Positions 63,555-64,000 of a stretch of DNA of 64,000 bases are shown here, one piece after another. This DNA comes from Carcharhinus longimanus (taxonomy: Eukaryota): the NCBI GenBank assembly GCA_030264375.1, contig JASCQW010000132.1, positions 89,949,275 to 90,013,274 on the forward strand, written 5' to 3'. The notes under the pieces were generated by a model that saw nothing but the letters and a program-made list of their open reading frames with translations, did no database searches and was not told where the DNA came from. Positions within the stretch are counted from its first letter, which is position 1. Each line of letters starts with the position of its first letter. Made by a program: the position numbers and the translations under genes.

Positions 63555-64000
63555 TCATAGAAAACATAGAAACTAGAAGCAGAAGTAGGCCATTCAGCCC
63601 TTCAGGCGTGCTCCACCAGTTATTTTGATCATGGCTGATCATCAAACTCAATATCCTGATCTCGCCTTCCCACCATATCCCTTGATTCCTTTAATCCCCA
63701 GAGCTAGACCTACTTTCTTCTTGACATACTCTGGGATGAAGATTATCAGGACATGGAGATTTATCCACCTTCAATCCCATCAATTTCCCCAAAACCATTC
63801 CTCTACTAATGCTGATTTCCTTCAGCTCCTCACTAAAACATGTTTCTCTCAGCCTTTCTGGGACATTATTCATGTCTTCCTTTGTGAAGATTGAAGCAAA
63901 ATACAAATTTAATCCCTCGGCTATTTCTTTATTCCCCGTTATGAATTCTCCTGTTTCTGACTGTAAGGGGCCTACATTTATTTTTGTCAATCTTTTTCTC
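63555..64000 (-). mobile_element. CR1 3' end joined to a CR1 ORF2 fragment
   Basis: catagaaaacatagaaactagaagcagaagtaggcc tail. Minus ORF gives NVGPLQSETGEFITGNKEIAEGLNLYFASIFTKE...LMGLKVDKSPCPDNLHPRV. Confidence 0.9.

Overview
This is vertebrate genomic DNA, almost certainly from a shark or other elasmobranch, judged by HE1/V-SINEs, SacSINE1-like Deu-SINEs, and shark-type CR1 and Penelope-like elements. It is a draft scaffold with placeholder N gaps. The window appears to lie inside one large plus-strand gene, rbms3 (RNA-binding motif single-stranded interacting protein 3). Four internal coding exons are clear: 32463-32569, 48834-48880, 49728-49824 and 56659-56709. All have canonical splice sites and join in frame. 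The rest is intron filled with nested transposon relics: Penelope-like elements with decayed minimal hammerhead ribozymes, CR1, L2, RTE and Rex1/Babar LINE fragments, about 11 V-SINEs with two tail types, Harbinger relics and MITEs, a hAT-type element and a solo LTR. Several repeat-free, motif-rich blocks are candidate conserved enhancers. I found no convincing new protein-coding system. The best leads are a Penelope-derived hairpin/ribozyme insertion, fossil two-gene Harbinger transposons, and TE-borne clusters of transcription-factor motifs. Family assignments come from recalled consensus features, not database searches, and most TE boundaries are approximate.
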